This document shows, piece after piece, positions 21,339-30,773 of a stretch of 64,000 bases of DNA; the first letter of the stretch is position 1; each line of letters opens with the position of its first letter. This DNA comes from Microcoleus sp. (GTDB taxonomy: Bacteria > Cyanobacteriota > Cyanobacteriia > Cyanobacteriales > Microcoleaceae): positions 512,001 to 576,000 of the forward strand of contig JAYFMW010000030.1 of NCBI GenBank assembly GCA_042408215.1, given 5' to 3'. A program made the translations under genes and the position numbers. The notes below the pieces were generated by a model. The model had not been told where the DNA came from, searched no databases, and saw nothing but the letters and a program-made list of their open reading frames with translations.

Positions 21339-21869
21339 ATGGATAGCAATTTGCTCATTATTTACTTATCAGTCTTGCTAGCCATCCTCGGCAGTAGTGC
21401 CTGGTTTATTGTGCGCCAGATCCTCAAAACTCGCAAGCGGGAAATGTCCCTAGAACGCTTAGAAAATAAGCTCACTCAAGAGCAAGGAAAAGCACAGGAA
21501 TACTACGAATTGGGCAGTATTTATTTAGACAAAAATCTCTACTCCCAGGCGATCCTACTCTTTCAAAAAGCCCTAAAAGCCCCAGACTTGGAAGGCGAAG
21601 AAAATATAGCGATCATTTACAACGCCCTCGGTTTTGCACACTTCGGCCAAGAACAGTACGACATAGCCATCCGCCAATACAAAGAAGCCCTCAAATTGCA
21701 GCCACAATACGTTACATCTCTCAACAATCTGGGGCACTCCTACGAGCGGAAAAAATTAACAGCTCAAGCCTTAGAAATGTACGAAACAGCCCTCATCTAC
21801 GAACCAGACAATGATACGGCCAAACGGCGAGTAGAGTCACTCCGCAAGCGGTTAGTGATATCTAATTGA
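21339..21869 (+). CDS. ycf37: TPR protein Ycf37/Pyg7 (PSI assembly)
   Basis: N-terminal TM helix plus three TPRs (YYELGSIYL, IYNALGF, NNLGHSYE); follows rplT; start moved to ATG 21339. Confidence 0.85.
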   Translation: MDSNLLIIYLSVLLAILGSSAWFIVRQILKTRKREMSLERLENKLTQEQGKAQEYYELGSIYLDKNLYSQAILLFQKALKAPDLEGEENIAIIYNALGFAHFGQEQYDIAIRQYKEALKLQPQYVTSLNNLGHSYERKKLTAQALEMYETALIYEPDNDTAKRRVESLRKRLVISN

Positions 21870-21980
21870 AGGCAGACTTCTTTGATCGCTGCAAAAATAC
21901 AGACCCCGCCAACCTGGTTTCATTCAGAAACCGGGTTTTTTTGTTCCCGTATTCAAAGATCCTAAACAATCAAACAGCTT

Positions 21981-22147
21981 ATACCAATTTAATGGGTCGT
22001 TGCATATATCTCGATCCCCCTCGCATCCCCCTTAATAAGGGAGTAGGGTGTGAGTAGGGGGTGACGAAAGAGCAGAATCTTGTTCCCCCCTTATTAAGGG
22101 GGGTTAGGGGGGATCAGATTCTACGGGGCCTCATAAAAAACTGGTAT
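21981..22147. repeat. MITE-like dispersed repeat (ATACCAATTT... ends, internal CCCCCTTATTAAGGGGG palindromes)
   Basis: Related copies at 42089-42570 and 61198-61362; partial copy ~6880-6990. Confidence 0.75.
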
Positions 22148-22276
22148 TAGTTTTTAATAACAGGAATTCCGCAACGGGCGATCGCACTTTTGCCCGCGCG
22201 CGTTGAAACTGCTGTCAAAATAAAAGCAGTACCTGCAACATCGGTCAGTCCTAAACAATTAAAGGAGGAGAACGTA

Positions 22277-22654
22277 GTGACATCAATTCTCGTTGTCGAA
22301 GATTCGTGGTTGACTCGCAGGGTAATCTGCAAAATCCTGCGAGCAGAAGGATACGAGACTTGGGAAGCGTCTTGCGGGCCAGAAGCTTTAGAAATGCTCA
22401 GCACTCAGACCCCAAACTGTATGCTGTTAGATCTGCTGATGCCGGAGATGGAAGGTCGGGAAGTCCTGCAAGCCATGGGAGAGAAGGGGTTTAAAATACC
22501 AGTGATCGTAATTACCGCAGACATCCAATCCACCACCCGCTCCGAGTGCATGGAACTCGGAGCCCTAGCAGTCATTCACAAAATGCCCAACTCAGACGAA
22601 CTAATCGGCTGGATCAAAAAAGCCCTCAGTGCTAGCGAGGAGAGCGCCCCATGA
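22277..22654 (+). CDS. Single-domain response regulator (CheY-like)
   Basis: ILVVEDS, LLDLLMP, ITAD, HKM; GTG start after AGGAGGAG RBS. Confidence 0.9.
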   Translation: MTSILVVEDSWLTRRVICKILRAEGYETWEASCGPEALEMLSTQTPNCMLLDLLMPEMEGREVLQAMGEKGFKIPVIVITADIQSTTRSECMELGALAVIHKMPNSDELIGWIKKALSASEESAP

Positions 22655-23259
22655 AATTGACCGCTCGACAGCTCGATGCTTTGCAGGAACTCGTCAACAT
22701 CGGTATCGGTCAAGCAGCAGGGATCTTGAACGATATGATCGACTCCCCCATTCGCTTGCAAATCCCCTACCTCCAAATCTTGTCTCCCACGGATGTGCAA
22801 GAAGAGTTAGAGATCCACCTCGACGGCGAGCAAATCGCCGCCGTCCAGCTCAAATTCACAGGTTCCTTTGGAGGCATTGCTCAGCTAGTCTTTCCCACCA
22901 ATAGCGCAGCGATGCTGGTGACGATGCTGACTGGGGAAGAAATCGGCTCTCACGACCTGGATTCAGTCAAAATTGGTACGCTGAGTGAAGTGGGAAATAT
23001 TGTAATCAACGGGGTTATGGGTGCTATCAGCAATGTACTTCAGCAGCGCTTGAACTACTCAATTCCCAGTTATACCGAAGGGACGATCGCTACCTTGCTG
23101 ACATCAGGTGGCTTATCTACTGATACAGTCGTTTTATTAGCCCAGACTCGTTTCATTATTGAAAGGCTTCACATTGAAGGAGATATCATCCTCATTTTCA
23201 ATGTCAATTCCTTTGACACCTTGTTGACTGCGATCGATCAACTTGCCGGGGGTCTATGA
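22651..23259 (+). CDS. cheC: CheC-family phosphatase
   Basis: Two E-x2-N motifs (DALQELVNIG, TLSEVGNIV); ATGA overlaps on both sides. Confidence 0.85.
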   Translation: MKLTARQLDALQELVNIGIGQAAGILNDMIDSPIRLQIPYLQILSPTDVQEELEIHLDGEQIAAVQLKFTGSFGGIAQLVFPTNSAAMLVTMLTGEEIGSHDLDSVKIGTLSEVGNIVINGVMGAISNVLQQRLNYSIPSYTEGTIATLLTSGGLSTDTVVLLAQTRFIIERLHIEGDIILIFNVNSFDTLLTAIDQLAGGL

Positions 23260-25469
23260 GCCAAGAAAGCAAAACTATTGAGGACAAGTTTGGGGTGCTC
23301 GACAGCGTACCAGTCGGCGCTTGCTTGCTGCGAGATGATTTTGTGGTGCTGTTTTGGAACACTTGTCTGGAAGACTGGACAAAAATTCCCCGCAGCCAAA
23401 TCTTGGGAACCAAGATCACAACCCATTTTCCTCACCTAAACCAGCTAAAGTACGCAAATCGCTTCCAGCAAATCTTTGCAGGAGGCCCGCCAACAATTTT
23501 TTCTTCTCAAATTCACAAATACCTGATTCCGGCAACTTGGCAAGACGGCCAGCAGCGCATCCAGCAAACTACTGTAACGGCAGTGCCTGCTGGGCAGGCG
23601 ATAGTTGCAGAACAGGAGATTAGAGACTTGGTTCGATCGACTCTGGAGTTGGAACCAGACGTTACTGTCGGAGTCGGAGAACCAACAACTGCTTTTTTGG
23701 ATTGGGAATCTCCACCCGTAGGGGCATCGGCATTGCCGTGCCCGCCTCCAACTTGCCCGGTGACTAATTCCCAATCGTTCTACGCGCTGCTGGTGATTCA
23801 GGACGTGACCGACCTCACGCAACGCATCCAAGCTTACCGCACCATGCGGGATCAGGCTTTGGAAGAAGTGAAAGTGCGCCAGCGGGTAGAGGAAGAATTG
23901 CGATCGAGCCAGCATTTCATCCAGCAGATTGCTGACGCAGCGCCTTATTTGCTGTATATCTACGACTTGACCGAACAGCGCAACGTCTACGTCAACGGTC
24001 AAGCTTCTAAGTTACTGGGCTACACGCCACAGGAAATTCTACAGATGGAAACGGCTTTGTATTCCAGTTTGGTGTACCCAGAAGATTTGCCGAGGATGTC
24101 CGAGCACCTGGAACAATTTCCCTCGGCCCAGGACGGCTGCATTGTGGAGTTGGAGTATCGCCTCAAACATCGATCGGGCGAATGGCGCCACTTTCGCTGT
24201 CGCGACCAAGTTTTCGCCCGCACAACCGAGGGCTGGCCCAAACAAATTTTTGGTACTGCTCAAGATATCACAGAGTACAAGCGGGCAGAAGAGGCGCTGC
24301 GACAGCAGAAGGAACGGGAACAGTTGATGGCGACGATTACTCAGCACATCCGCCAGTCTTTGGATTTAGGCGAAGTGCTCAGCACGACAGTCAACGAAGT
24401 GCGCCAGTTTCTGCAAGCCGATCGGGTGATGATCGTCCGCTTTAACCCCTGTACAGGCAGCCTCTGCGCGGCGCCGGCAACGGGGGCGGTGACAGTGGAA
24501 TCTGTAGCTCCTAACTGCCGGCCGATGCTGGGGGAAACGCTGGAAAATTTCTGTTTTGACGAGTTCTATTTGGAAGCTTACCAACATCGGGCGATCCGAC
24601 CGATCGCAGATATCTGCGCCGCCGATTTACCACAATATCAAATTGATTTGCTCGCACAATTTGATGTCAAAGCTTATTTAGTAGTGCCGCTGGTACAGGG
24701 GGAGGATTTGTGGGGGCTGCTGATGGCTCACCAGTGCAGCCCCAGACAGTGGAGCCAGTTGGAGGTCGAGTTGCTGTCTTCTTTGGCCGCCCAGTTGGCG
24801 ATCGCCATCAAGCAAGCAGAACTTTACCAGCAGTTGCAGGCGGCCAATCTCAAATTAGAGCGCTTGGCCACTTCGGACGAACTCACGCAGCTAGCAAACC
24901 GACGCCGGTTCGACCAATATCTGGAAACAGAGTGGCGCCGACTGTTGCGGGAACAAACACCCCTGTCCCTAATTCTTTGCGATATTGATTATTTTAAGAG
25001 TTATAACGATACCTACGGGCATCCAGGTGGAGACGAATGTTTGCGACAAGTCGCCCGGGCGATCGGCGATGCAGTCCATCGCCCCGCCGATTTGGTGGCT
25101 CGCTACGGAGGCGAAGAATTTGCCGTTATTTTGCCGAATACTAAGATTCAAGGGGCTGTGCAAGTAGCCGAACGCATACGATTCAAAATCGCAGCTTTGC
25201 AGCTTCCTCACGCAGGTTCTCAGGTCAGTCAGTACGTCACCCTCAGTTTGGGCGTAGCGAGTGTGGTTCCTGGATCTGAATCGGGAGCCGAAATTCTGAT
25301 TGCCGCCTCTGACCAAGCCCTATACCAAGCAAAAAGACTTGGGCGCGATCGCATCCAACTGTACCAGCCAGACCCTGCTTCTGGCAAGCCGAACGGAACA
25401 ACAACTCCCATACTCCCTGTAGATTTTTCCCTACCCAATAATAATTTTCCCTCTCCCACAAGCGCTTGA
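23256..25469 (+). CDS. PAS-PAS-GAF-GGDEF diguanylate cyclase
   Basis: Active site YGGEEF with RPAD I-site; DIDYFKSYND; CBCR-like GAF (LWGLLMAHQC). Confidence 0.92.
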   Translation: MSQESKTIEDKFGVLDSVPVGACLLRDDFVVLFWNTCLEDWTKIPRSQILGTKITTHFPHLNQLKYANRFQQIFAGGPPTIFSSQIHKYLIPATWQDGQQRIQQTTVTAVPAGQAIVAEQEIRDLVRSTLELEPDVTVGVGEPTTAFLDWESPPVGASALPCPPPTCPVTNSQSFYALLVIQDVTDLTQRIQAYRTMRDQALEEVKVRQRVEEELRSSQHFIQQIADAAPYLLYIYDLTEQRNVYVNGQASKLLGYTPQEILQMETALYSSLVYPEDLPRMSEHLEQFPSAQDGCIVELEYRLKHRSGEWRHFRCRDQVFARTTEGWPKQIFGTAQDITEYKRAEEALRQQKEREQLMATITQHIRQSLDLGEVLSTTVNEVRQFLQADRVMIVRFNPCTGSLCAAPATGAVTVESVAPNCRPMLGETLENFCFDEFYLEAYQHRAIRPIADICAADLPQYQIDLLAQFDVKAYLVVPLVQGEDLWGLLMAHQCSPRQWSQLEVELLSSLAAQLAIAIKQAELYQQLQAANLKLERLATSDELTQLANRRRFDQYLETEWRRLLREQTPLSLILCDIDYFKSYNDTYGHPGGDECLRQVARAIGDAVHRPADLVARYGGEEFAVILPNTKIQGAVQVAERIRFKIAALQLPHAGSQVSQYVTLSLGVASVVPGSESGAEILIAASDQALYQAKRLGRDRIQLYQPDPASGKPNGTTTPILPVDFSLPNNNFPSPTSA

Positions 25470-25496
25470 CTTTTTCGAGTATTTGTGCATCAGGAG

Positions 25497-25626
25497 TTAG
25501 ATCGCATCCGGTTGAACCGGAATGATTGTTGACGGTTGACAGTTAACAGTTAACAGTTAACAGTTAACAGTTAACAGTTAACAGTTAACTCAAATTTACT
25601 ATTCCGATGAAGAGAGGATTTGATAT
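25497..25626. repeat. Dispersed repeat with internal (CAGTTAA)n array
   Basis: Homologous to 45862-46076 and to the copy interrupted by the IS607 element (51662-53650). Confidence 0.75.
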
Positions 25627-25716
25627 TAGATCGCATCCGATTGAACCGGAATGATTAAACCGCAGAGGACACAGAGGACACAGAGGAAGAGAACAGAGAG
25701 CTCCATGATTCCGATG

Positions 25717-26358
25717 TCAACGGAATTGCTCTGATTCCTTCGCGGACTCAAGACGGGAGTAATTCTTAACTTGAAGTTCTAAAATCTCCCGCGGAAGGCG
25801 GGATTGAATGTTAATGTTTTGAATCGTACTCAGCTCACCGTTAATATTTCTTAACAGTTTTAATTGACCTTTTGCTTGCAATTTTAATTCAAAACTTTGG
25901 GTGTCTACGGTCGTTTTATAAATGCTTTCTAGCACGTTAATCTGATTAATTATGTGAACCGTTGTGATTTCTTGGCTTTGATAGCTAGTAGAGGCAGTAA
26001 TGTTATACTCTTGCAGCAAGTCTTCGGAGTTAGTTAAGATAATCCCAAAGATGAGAGAGGCGAATTTTTCAACATTTTCTAAATTAGTGTCGTAGATCTC
26101 AATAAAAAACTCTTGCTCAAATTCCCGCATTACAGTTATTTCTTGGCGGTTTTCCTCTGGGTACTGCTTGAGAGATTTTAAGTTTCTCATGCTTTGATCT
26201 AGGGTAAACTTACCTAAATAAACACTAATTTGGGGAAATGGTTCTGAAGGAGATTCCCTTAACTGTTTAGTGGTAAAATGTTGGTCTGACTGAGGAATGT
26301 CTGCACTCAGTTCGGTTTTCAGCAGGTTGGCGATCGCCGTCAGTAGCTTATAAATCAT
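25717..26358 (-). CDS. Putative tail terminator/cap (DUF4255/Pvc16-N-like), last gene of the tail operon
   Basis: Position in the operon; N-terminal helix then P-x-ISVYL strand pattern; weak similarity only. Confidence 0.45.
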   Translation of the reverse strand: MIYKLLTAIANLLKTELSADIPQSDQHFTTKQLRESPSEPFPQISVYLGKFTLDQSMRNLKSLKQYPEENRQEITVMREFEQEFFIEIYDTNLENVEKFASLIFGIILTNSEDLLQEYNITASTSYQSQEITTVHIINQINVLESIYKTTVDTQSFELKLQAKGQLKLLRNINGELSTIQNINIQSRLPREILELQVKNYSRLESAKESEQFR

Positions 26359-26370
26359 AATCAATCAAAA

Positions 26371-26628
26371 TTAGCTTTGACTACTTTGGGGAGAGACTTC
26401 TCTAGCGGGGGTTTCAGAATCGAGAGCATAAGTATTTTCCGAGGGAGTGTGGATTGTATTGCTGTCAGCTTTGACCAGTTCTTCTTCCAACACTTGAATT
26501 GCACCAGCCATGCGAAGTAAAGTATCTCTCACATTGGCTTGTTTTGCCTCTAAATCCGCTAGGACTTTTTTACCCGATTCGTATTCGGCTTTGAGTTCTT
26601 GCAGACGTTGTTGGAGTTGTTGTTTCAT
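26371..26628 (-). CDS. Small coiled-coil protein of the tail operon
   Basis: LQQRLQELKAEY...TLLRMAGAIQVLEEEL heptad pattern. Confidence 0.7.
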   Translation of the reverse strand: MKQQLQQRLQELKAEYESGKKVLADLEAKQANVRDTLLRMAGAIQVLEEELVKADSNTIHTPSENTYALDSETPAREVSPQSSQS

Positions 26629-26715
26629 CACAGTTTTACATCAATTACCTACATCATATCGTTTCCGGTTGCATCGGAATGATAGCAACTCTGGACACTC
26701 CAAAAGCCCTTCTTC

Positions 26716-26955
26716 GTGTCAACTTAACGTCAAACCCAGTCAGAGAGTGTTGTTTGACGATTGGGTCCAGATCCCCCGCATTCTTGCCCCCTACTCAACC
26801 CCTACTCACACCCTACTCCCTTAAGAAGGGAAGTAGGGGAGTAGGGGGTGTGGGACAAGATTCCGATCAAAGTCCCCCTTCTTAAGGGGGATTTAGGGGG
26901 ATCTAGACTCGAATAAAAACCTGATTTATCAAGGGTTTTAGGCTTAAGTTGACAC
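26716..26955. mobile_element. MITE with TIR GTGTCAACTTAA...TTAAGTTGACAC
   Basis: Perfect 12-bp TIR; second copy at 36363-36569. Confidence 0.75.
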
Positions 26956-27049
26956 CTATGGGCAGTGCCGTTTCCCTACTCCAAAATAATCGTAGCACTC
27001 GCAGAGGGCTCCCAGCCATCGTCTTCGCTCGGATGTAACCATCGCCCGA

Positions 27050-27181
27050 TTAATGGTATCGGTCAATCCTGGACGTTTCTAGCCGGACGATTTCCTGCAT
27101 GGCTGCATTCCAGTCTGCCGATCGAACTGGATCGCCTGTTTTTTTGACTTCGGGTGTGAATTTAGTGCCGTTGTTGGTCAT
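27050..27181 (-). pseudogene. Truncated second tail-fibre gene (43 aa, N-terminal anchor only)
   Basis: MTNNGTKFTPEVKKTGDPVRSADWNAAMQEIVRLETSRIDRYH* aligns with the N-terminus of 27233..28156 (MTTNNGKFAPQHKKPGDLILSDEWNAGMQETVRLESAKVNR). Confidence 0.8.
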
Positions 27182-27232
27182 TGTTGGATTTTCCCAAAAT
27201 TGTTAATTATTTAACTTATTGTTGGTCATTAT

Positions 27233-28156
27233 TTATAGCTTCATAATGAAAGCAAGGGCATAATATGGAGGTCTGTTTTCGTGTGCTTGATTACCACCTA
27301 CAGTAGTAGTATCGAAGTCCCAGAGGGGAGAATCGTTATTATTTGCTGGGAAATTCCCACCCCCATCGATAGATGTGACAATGTGTGAATATCTGTGACT
27401 GTGGGCGGGCATTTGTGCAACGGTAAGAGTTACAGTAGCAGCACCACCTGTAGATGCTACTGCATAACTATTACCAGCACCTACAATAAATCTATCTCTC
27501 AAATCTGGTGTGCCATTTTGACCATTACAAAGCGCCCATCCTGTAGGAATTTGCTCGACAGGCCCGGACCACATCACAATTATTCCTTTGACAATCGCAC
27601 CGTCACCAATAAAAGCTGGCGCGACGATCGCATTATTCACAACCAAGTTCTTTGTAGAATGTCTTGAACTGATTGTGCCAAAAACAGTAATCAGATCTCT
27701 ATCTTCATTACCGAGTTCGACATTGCCCTCCATCTTTTGGATATCTTTCGATATCACCTCTCCGTCCACGGTAAGTTTGCCATATACCCGCACATCTTTG
27801 GCTTTAAAATCTTGATTTTCACTCCCTTGAACAGCCCTATCTACATAAGCTTTAACAGCTTTTTGAGTCGGAACAATAGTATCTCTATTATTGCTGAGAC
27901 TCTCATCATTAGAAAACTGATTGACAGCCACTCCATCGGCCAACTTTAAAGCACCTTTAACTTCTAATTGCACGCTAGTAACTGCTAATGCCGATTCGAT
28001 CGTCAGAGGGCCCTGTAAAGAATCCCCGCCCTTTCGGTTAACTTTCGCACTCTCTAAGCGGACTGTTTCCTGCATTCCCGCATTCCATTCATCAGACAAA
28101 ATTAAATCGCCTGGTTTTTTATGTTGGGGAGCAAATTTGCCGTTATTGGTAGTCAT
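27233..28156 (-). CDS. Tail fibre protein with collar-like C-terminal domain
   Basis: GIIVMWSG...IPTGWALCNGQNGTPDLRDRFIVGAG...HSH...HENRPPYYALAFIMK. Confidence 0.85.
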   Translation of the reverse strand: MTTNNGKFAPQHKKPGDLILSDEWNAGMQETVRLESAKVNRKGGDSLQGPLTIESALAVTSVQLEVKGALKLADGVAVNQFSNDESLSNNRDTIVPTQKAVKAYVDRAVQGSENQDFKAKDVRVYGKLTVDGEVISKDIQKMEGNVELGNEDRDLITVFGTISSRHSTKNLVVNNAIVAPAFIGDGAIVKGIIVMWSGPVEQIPTGWALCNGQNGTPDLRDRFIVGAGNSYAVASTGGAATVTLTVAQMPAHSHRYSHIVTSIDGGGNFPANNNDSPLWDFDTTTVGGNQAHENRPPYYALAFIMKL

Positions 28157-28191
28157 TATTTTTACCTATCCTGAATTTTTGAATCGCCAAT

Positions 28192-28707
28192 TTAAAAAAT
28201 GATTTCCCAAACTAAAGTCAGCTTGAAATCAGCCGTTTTAGTAATGTTGGGAAATACGACTCGATTGTACATAATTCCCCCTTGGGCGCTATTAAATAGT
28301 CCGGCTTCAGTCAAAGCTAGCGGTTGATTGGGGGGTTCGGCAAAGTCTAAGTCAACGCACAATCTCACCTTGCGATTTTTTTGTCTGACGGTTCCGCTTT
28401 CAACTTTAATCGGGATTTCATCGGCATCGCTTAAATCTCTGGCAAGATCCAGGGGTTTGACTTCTTTGCGAAATACTTCTTTTTGCAATGCGGTATCTTC
28501 AACTGGATTCACCGGATTACTCCCAGTACCGATCGCCAGATAACGGATCGGCTCGATTTTTTGATTTAAAAACATTTTCGCAACTAAATCTCGTCCGCTA
28601 TAGACGATGAAATTATTGGCTTTAACTTCATCGACAAGTTCACCTGCGGGATTAAATTGTTGGATAATCAATCGTCCTTTCATGTCCATTGCATCAGCCA
28701 TTTTCAT
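28192..28707 (-). CDS. Baseplate/fibre-attachment protein
   Basis: NFIVYSGRDL, LAIGTG, ALQKEVFRK, LTEAGLFN, LTLVWEIIF resemble tail-fibre N-terminal/adaptor proteins. Confidence 0.65.
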   Translation of the reverse strand: MKMADAMDMKGRLIIQQFNPAGELVDEVKANNFIVYSGRDLVAKMFLNQKIEPIRYLAIGTGSNPVNPVEDTALQKEVFRKEVKPLDLARDLSDADEIPIKVESGTVRQKNRKVRLCVDLDFAEPPNQPLALTEAGLFNSAQGGIMYNRVVFPNITKTADFKLTLVWEIIF

Positions 28708-28731
28708 AGTTTTAGTTTCCTCAATTGGTAG

Positions 28732-30768
28732 TTATTCAAAGCCGTTACCTGAGTCGAAATCGGTATAATCAAATACACCGGAGATTAAGAAATTATCGGT
28801 CATTTCATGGTAATTTTCGTCAGGGGCGGGTGGTGGGATAGAGGGAAAGCGATCGCCATAGTCAAATATAGCATAATCAAACACTCCAGTAGTTAATAAT
28901 TTCTCACTCATTTCGTGTCTAATGCCGTCGGGATAGGGAACTTTTAAGCCCAGAAGATTAAATTTTTCTTCGGCTATGTGAGTTTCCATAAAAGGCGATC
29001 GCACGACGGTTAACCTGATTTGTAAATCCTGGGTTTCTCGGAAAACTTTTTCATAATTAATCAGGGCCAAAACACCGGCACCTTTCACACGATCGATGAT
29101 ATTAGCAATTTGGTGTCGCGGATGGTCTGACGCTTCACCAAACTTATCAGAATATCCGGGAATATCCCAAGGAATTGTCACCTCAAACATCCCAGGATTA
29201 AGTTTGTAAATTCGCATCTCTAAATGGATGGCGACTTCAGCAAAACCTAGGGTACTGGAATCAAACTTTTGCCGATCGAATAAGCCGACAGGATAATCCC
29301 CGATAATTTGGGCTTCAAAGCGCCACCGAGAGTTACTGATTGGTAGTAATGGCGTGTTTTCTTGAGTGTGAAAAGGTTGTCCATTGACTAAGACGGTATT
29401 CCCTCGAAATAATAACTTATCACCGGATTTTATCCTGCCTTGGTAGCAGATAAAATTTCCCGTATCGAGATGAACTATTCGGGGATTATACAACCCTTCC
29501 ACAGGTAAAGTTGGTGGAACTTCTAAGAAAATTTCAATTTCCGATGGTTGGGGGTTGAGGCTGGCGGCGACAAACTCTTCAAACAACCTTAAAGGATAGT
29601 GATAGGCGATTATACCGAAGGAAGTATTCGGAGGACGTATCCAGGTTTTTTCCGGGTCAAATTCTTCGATCCGAATTTGCTTTTTGGCCGCTAAAGCAGC
29701 CTCTGAATCGCCTAAAATTCCCAAGTTAGCTGCGACTAAATCGAGAATCCCTTGACGAGTGGCTGCACCTTGCCGCAAAATCGCGATAATCCCTTTCAGT
29801 CTTTCCCGATAAGGGGCATAACTTTTTTCTAGTTCCCTGGGATAAGTGGCTTCTAACAGCAGGCGATTTTGTTTGATGCGATTGGTAGTATCTAGGGGAT
29901 CATTTTCGGGTTTGTAGGATTCTAAAAAGCGATTTAGTTCGGCAATTAAGGCTTGTTCAACTTCACCTTTTGATGGAATGTTGCTAGACTCAATATATTC
30001 GGGATAGGCTGCTTCTAATAGGAGTCGGTGCAGTCGCAGGCGATCGTCGTGATTAGTGGGCGCTGCTATGAGTTGTTTAACGCTTTCCAGCAGTAGTTGA
30101 CTCTGGAAATATGCCTTATTTTTGGCATAAAAATAGGGTTGGGTGAGTTGCTGGTTGAGTAGTGTTAAGAGTATTTCTTGTAGGGGTTGGGGTACGGATT
30201 CGCTACCGTCATATAGGCTTAAAAGTTGTTGGCTTTCAGAATTTAGTTGAGAGTGGAGATACTTACTGACAGGATGTTGGGCGACGAGAATTGAAATTGC
30301 TAATTGGGGTAGATTTTTAAAGGAATTTTGGTGAAAATTTGGCTGAGTTACTTGGTAGCGATCGAGTATTTGGTTAGTTTCGAGAGTCAGATTTTTGCGT
30401 AACTCCTGGGATACTATGTCGGTATTTGTTTGCAGTTTCGCGACGAAGCTATCAACATTTTTGATGGAACCGATGCTAAAGCGATCGCTAACCTGAATCA
30501 GTTGAGATGTACCACCCAAGGCTTCTAAATAGATGGTAAGTAATTTATCTAAATCGCCTTTTTGCTGACCAATAAAACCTTGAGAACCTTCATTAGTAGC
30601 GGTATCTACATGATGGGCGTGCATCACATCCAATAAGTCAGTTTCTGCTTGTTCGATGATGTAGCCAAAAACATCGATAAATTGATATAGCACACTTTCG
30701 ACATTTTGGGTGTCGTAAAAGTGGGGTAAGCGACTGGCGATGTTGAGGGTTTTACCGAGTTTTTCCAT
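28732..30768 (-). CDS. Baseplate wedge protein (gpI/gp7-like) with inserted helical repeats and C-terminal FD-rich repeats
   Basis: RLPHFY, PYRERLKGII...GAATRQGI, IDRVKGAGV, GVFDY repeats; follows baseplate J. Confidence 0.7.
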   Translation of the reverse strand: MEKLGKTLNIASRLPHFYDTQNVESVLYQFIDVFGYIIEQAETDLLDVMHAHHVDTATNEGSQGFIGQQKGDLDKLLTIYLEALGGTSQLIQVSDRFSIGSIKNVDSFVAKLQTNTDIVSQELRKNLTLETNQILDRYQVTQPNFHQNSFKNLPQLAISILVAQHPVSKYLHSQLNSESQQLLSLYDGSESVPQPLQEILLTLLNQQLTQPYFYAKNKAYFQSQLLLESVKQLIAAPTNHDDRLRLHRLLLEAAYPEYIESSNIPSKGEVEQALIAELNRFLESYKPENDPLDTTNRIKQNRLLLEATYPRELEKSYAPYRERLKGIIAILRQGAATRQGILDLVAANLGILGDSEAALAAKKQIRIEEFDPEKTWIRPPNTSFGIIAYHYPLRLFEEFVAASLNPQPSEIEIFLEVPPTLPVEGLYNPRIVHLDTGNFICYQGRIKSGDKLLFRGNTVLVNGQPFHTQENTPLLPISNSRWRFEAQIIGDYPVGLFDRQKFDSSTLGFAEVAIHLEMRIYKLNPGMFEVTIPWDIPGYSDKFGEASDHPRHQIANIIDRVKGAGVLALINYEKVFRETQDLQIRLTVVRSPFMETHIAEEKFNLLGLKVPYPDGIRHEMSEKLLTTGVFDYAIFDYGDRFPSIPPPAPDENYHEMTDNFLISGVFDYTDFDSGNGFE

Positions 30769-30773
30769 GACAA

